The notes below the pieces were generated by a model that did no database searches, was not told where the DNA came from, and saw only the letters and a program-made list of their open reading frames with translations. Shown here piece by piece: positions 63,647-64,000 of a stretch of 64,000 nucleotides of DNA (positions are counted from its first letter, which is position 1; the number at the start of each line of letters is the position of its first letter). Source of the stretch: Octopus bimaculoides (lineage: Eukaryota); assembly GCF_001194135.2 (NCBI RefSeq), contig NC_069001.1, positions 3,948,191-4,012,190 of the forward strand, given 5' to 3'. The translations under genes and the position numbers were made by a program.

Positions 63647-64000
63647 TTTTGTATAAGAATAGTAAATTTGCACTCTACAAATGAATGAGTAACCCATCAG
63701 ATTAATGTAACATTTCAGCAACAGTTGGAAAACCAATTATAGCAATGACTCAATCAATTCCTAGCAATATCTGAAGAAGGAATTTTTATATTCCAATACA
63801 TCATATCAGACTATAATTAAATTATAACAGTTATTATAGTCCACTCTGCATTGTTGTGCCATTCAAGACACGATATATTTCACAAACAATACATAATGCT
63901 TCCAGTGAACTATAATACTCTACAATACTTTCCTAATGTAAAATAGTTATTATTATAATTGAACATAAAAATGAACATTTATTTATATATATATATATAT

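Overview
Eukaryotic, AT-rich, repeat-dense scaffold DNA with 11 assembly gaps. The SINE types and the extreme load of (TA)n, (CA)n, (ATT)n and (GTG)n microsatellites look like a coleoid cephalopod (Octopus-like) genome; this is inferred from recognition of the repeats, not from a database search. I find no protein-coding gene I can support: nearly all listed ORFs are microsatellite or gap artefacts. The window is a mosaic of at least five SINE-like families (my labels A-E), non-autonomous DNA transposons (Merlin-like, hAT, piggyBac-like, Tc1/mariner), small LINE and Penelope-like remnants, minisatellites and one tRNA-Asn(GTT) pseudogene. The best leads are: a young 460-bp Merlin-like MITE carrying a telomere-type (TAACCC)n array; a tRNA-Asn + T24 + SINE chimera; variant minimal hammerhead motifs in Penelope-like termini; a SINE family that consistently sits in (ATT)n; a SINE flanked by a 53-bp duplication; and a 92-nt near-palindrome. 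There is no CRISPR array or prokaryote-type system. SINE boundaries are approximate (tens of bp).
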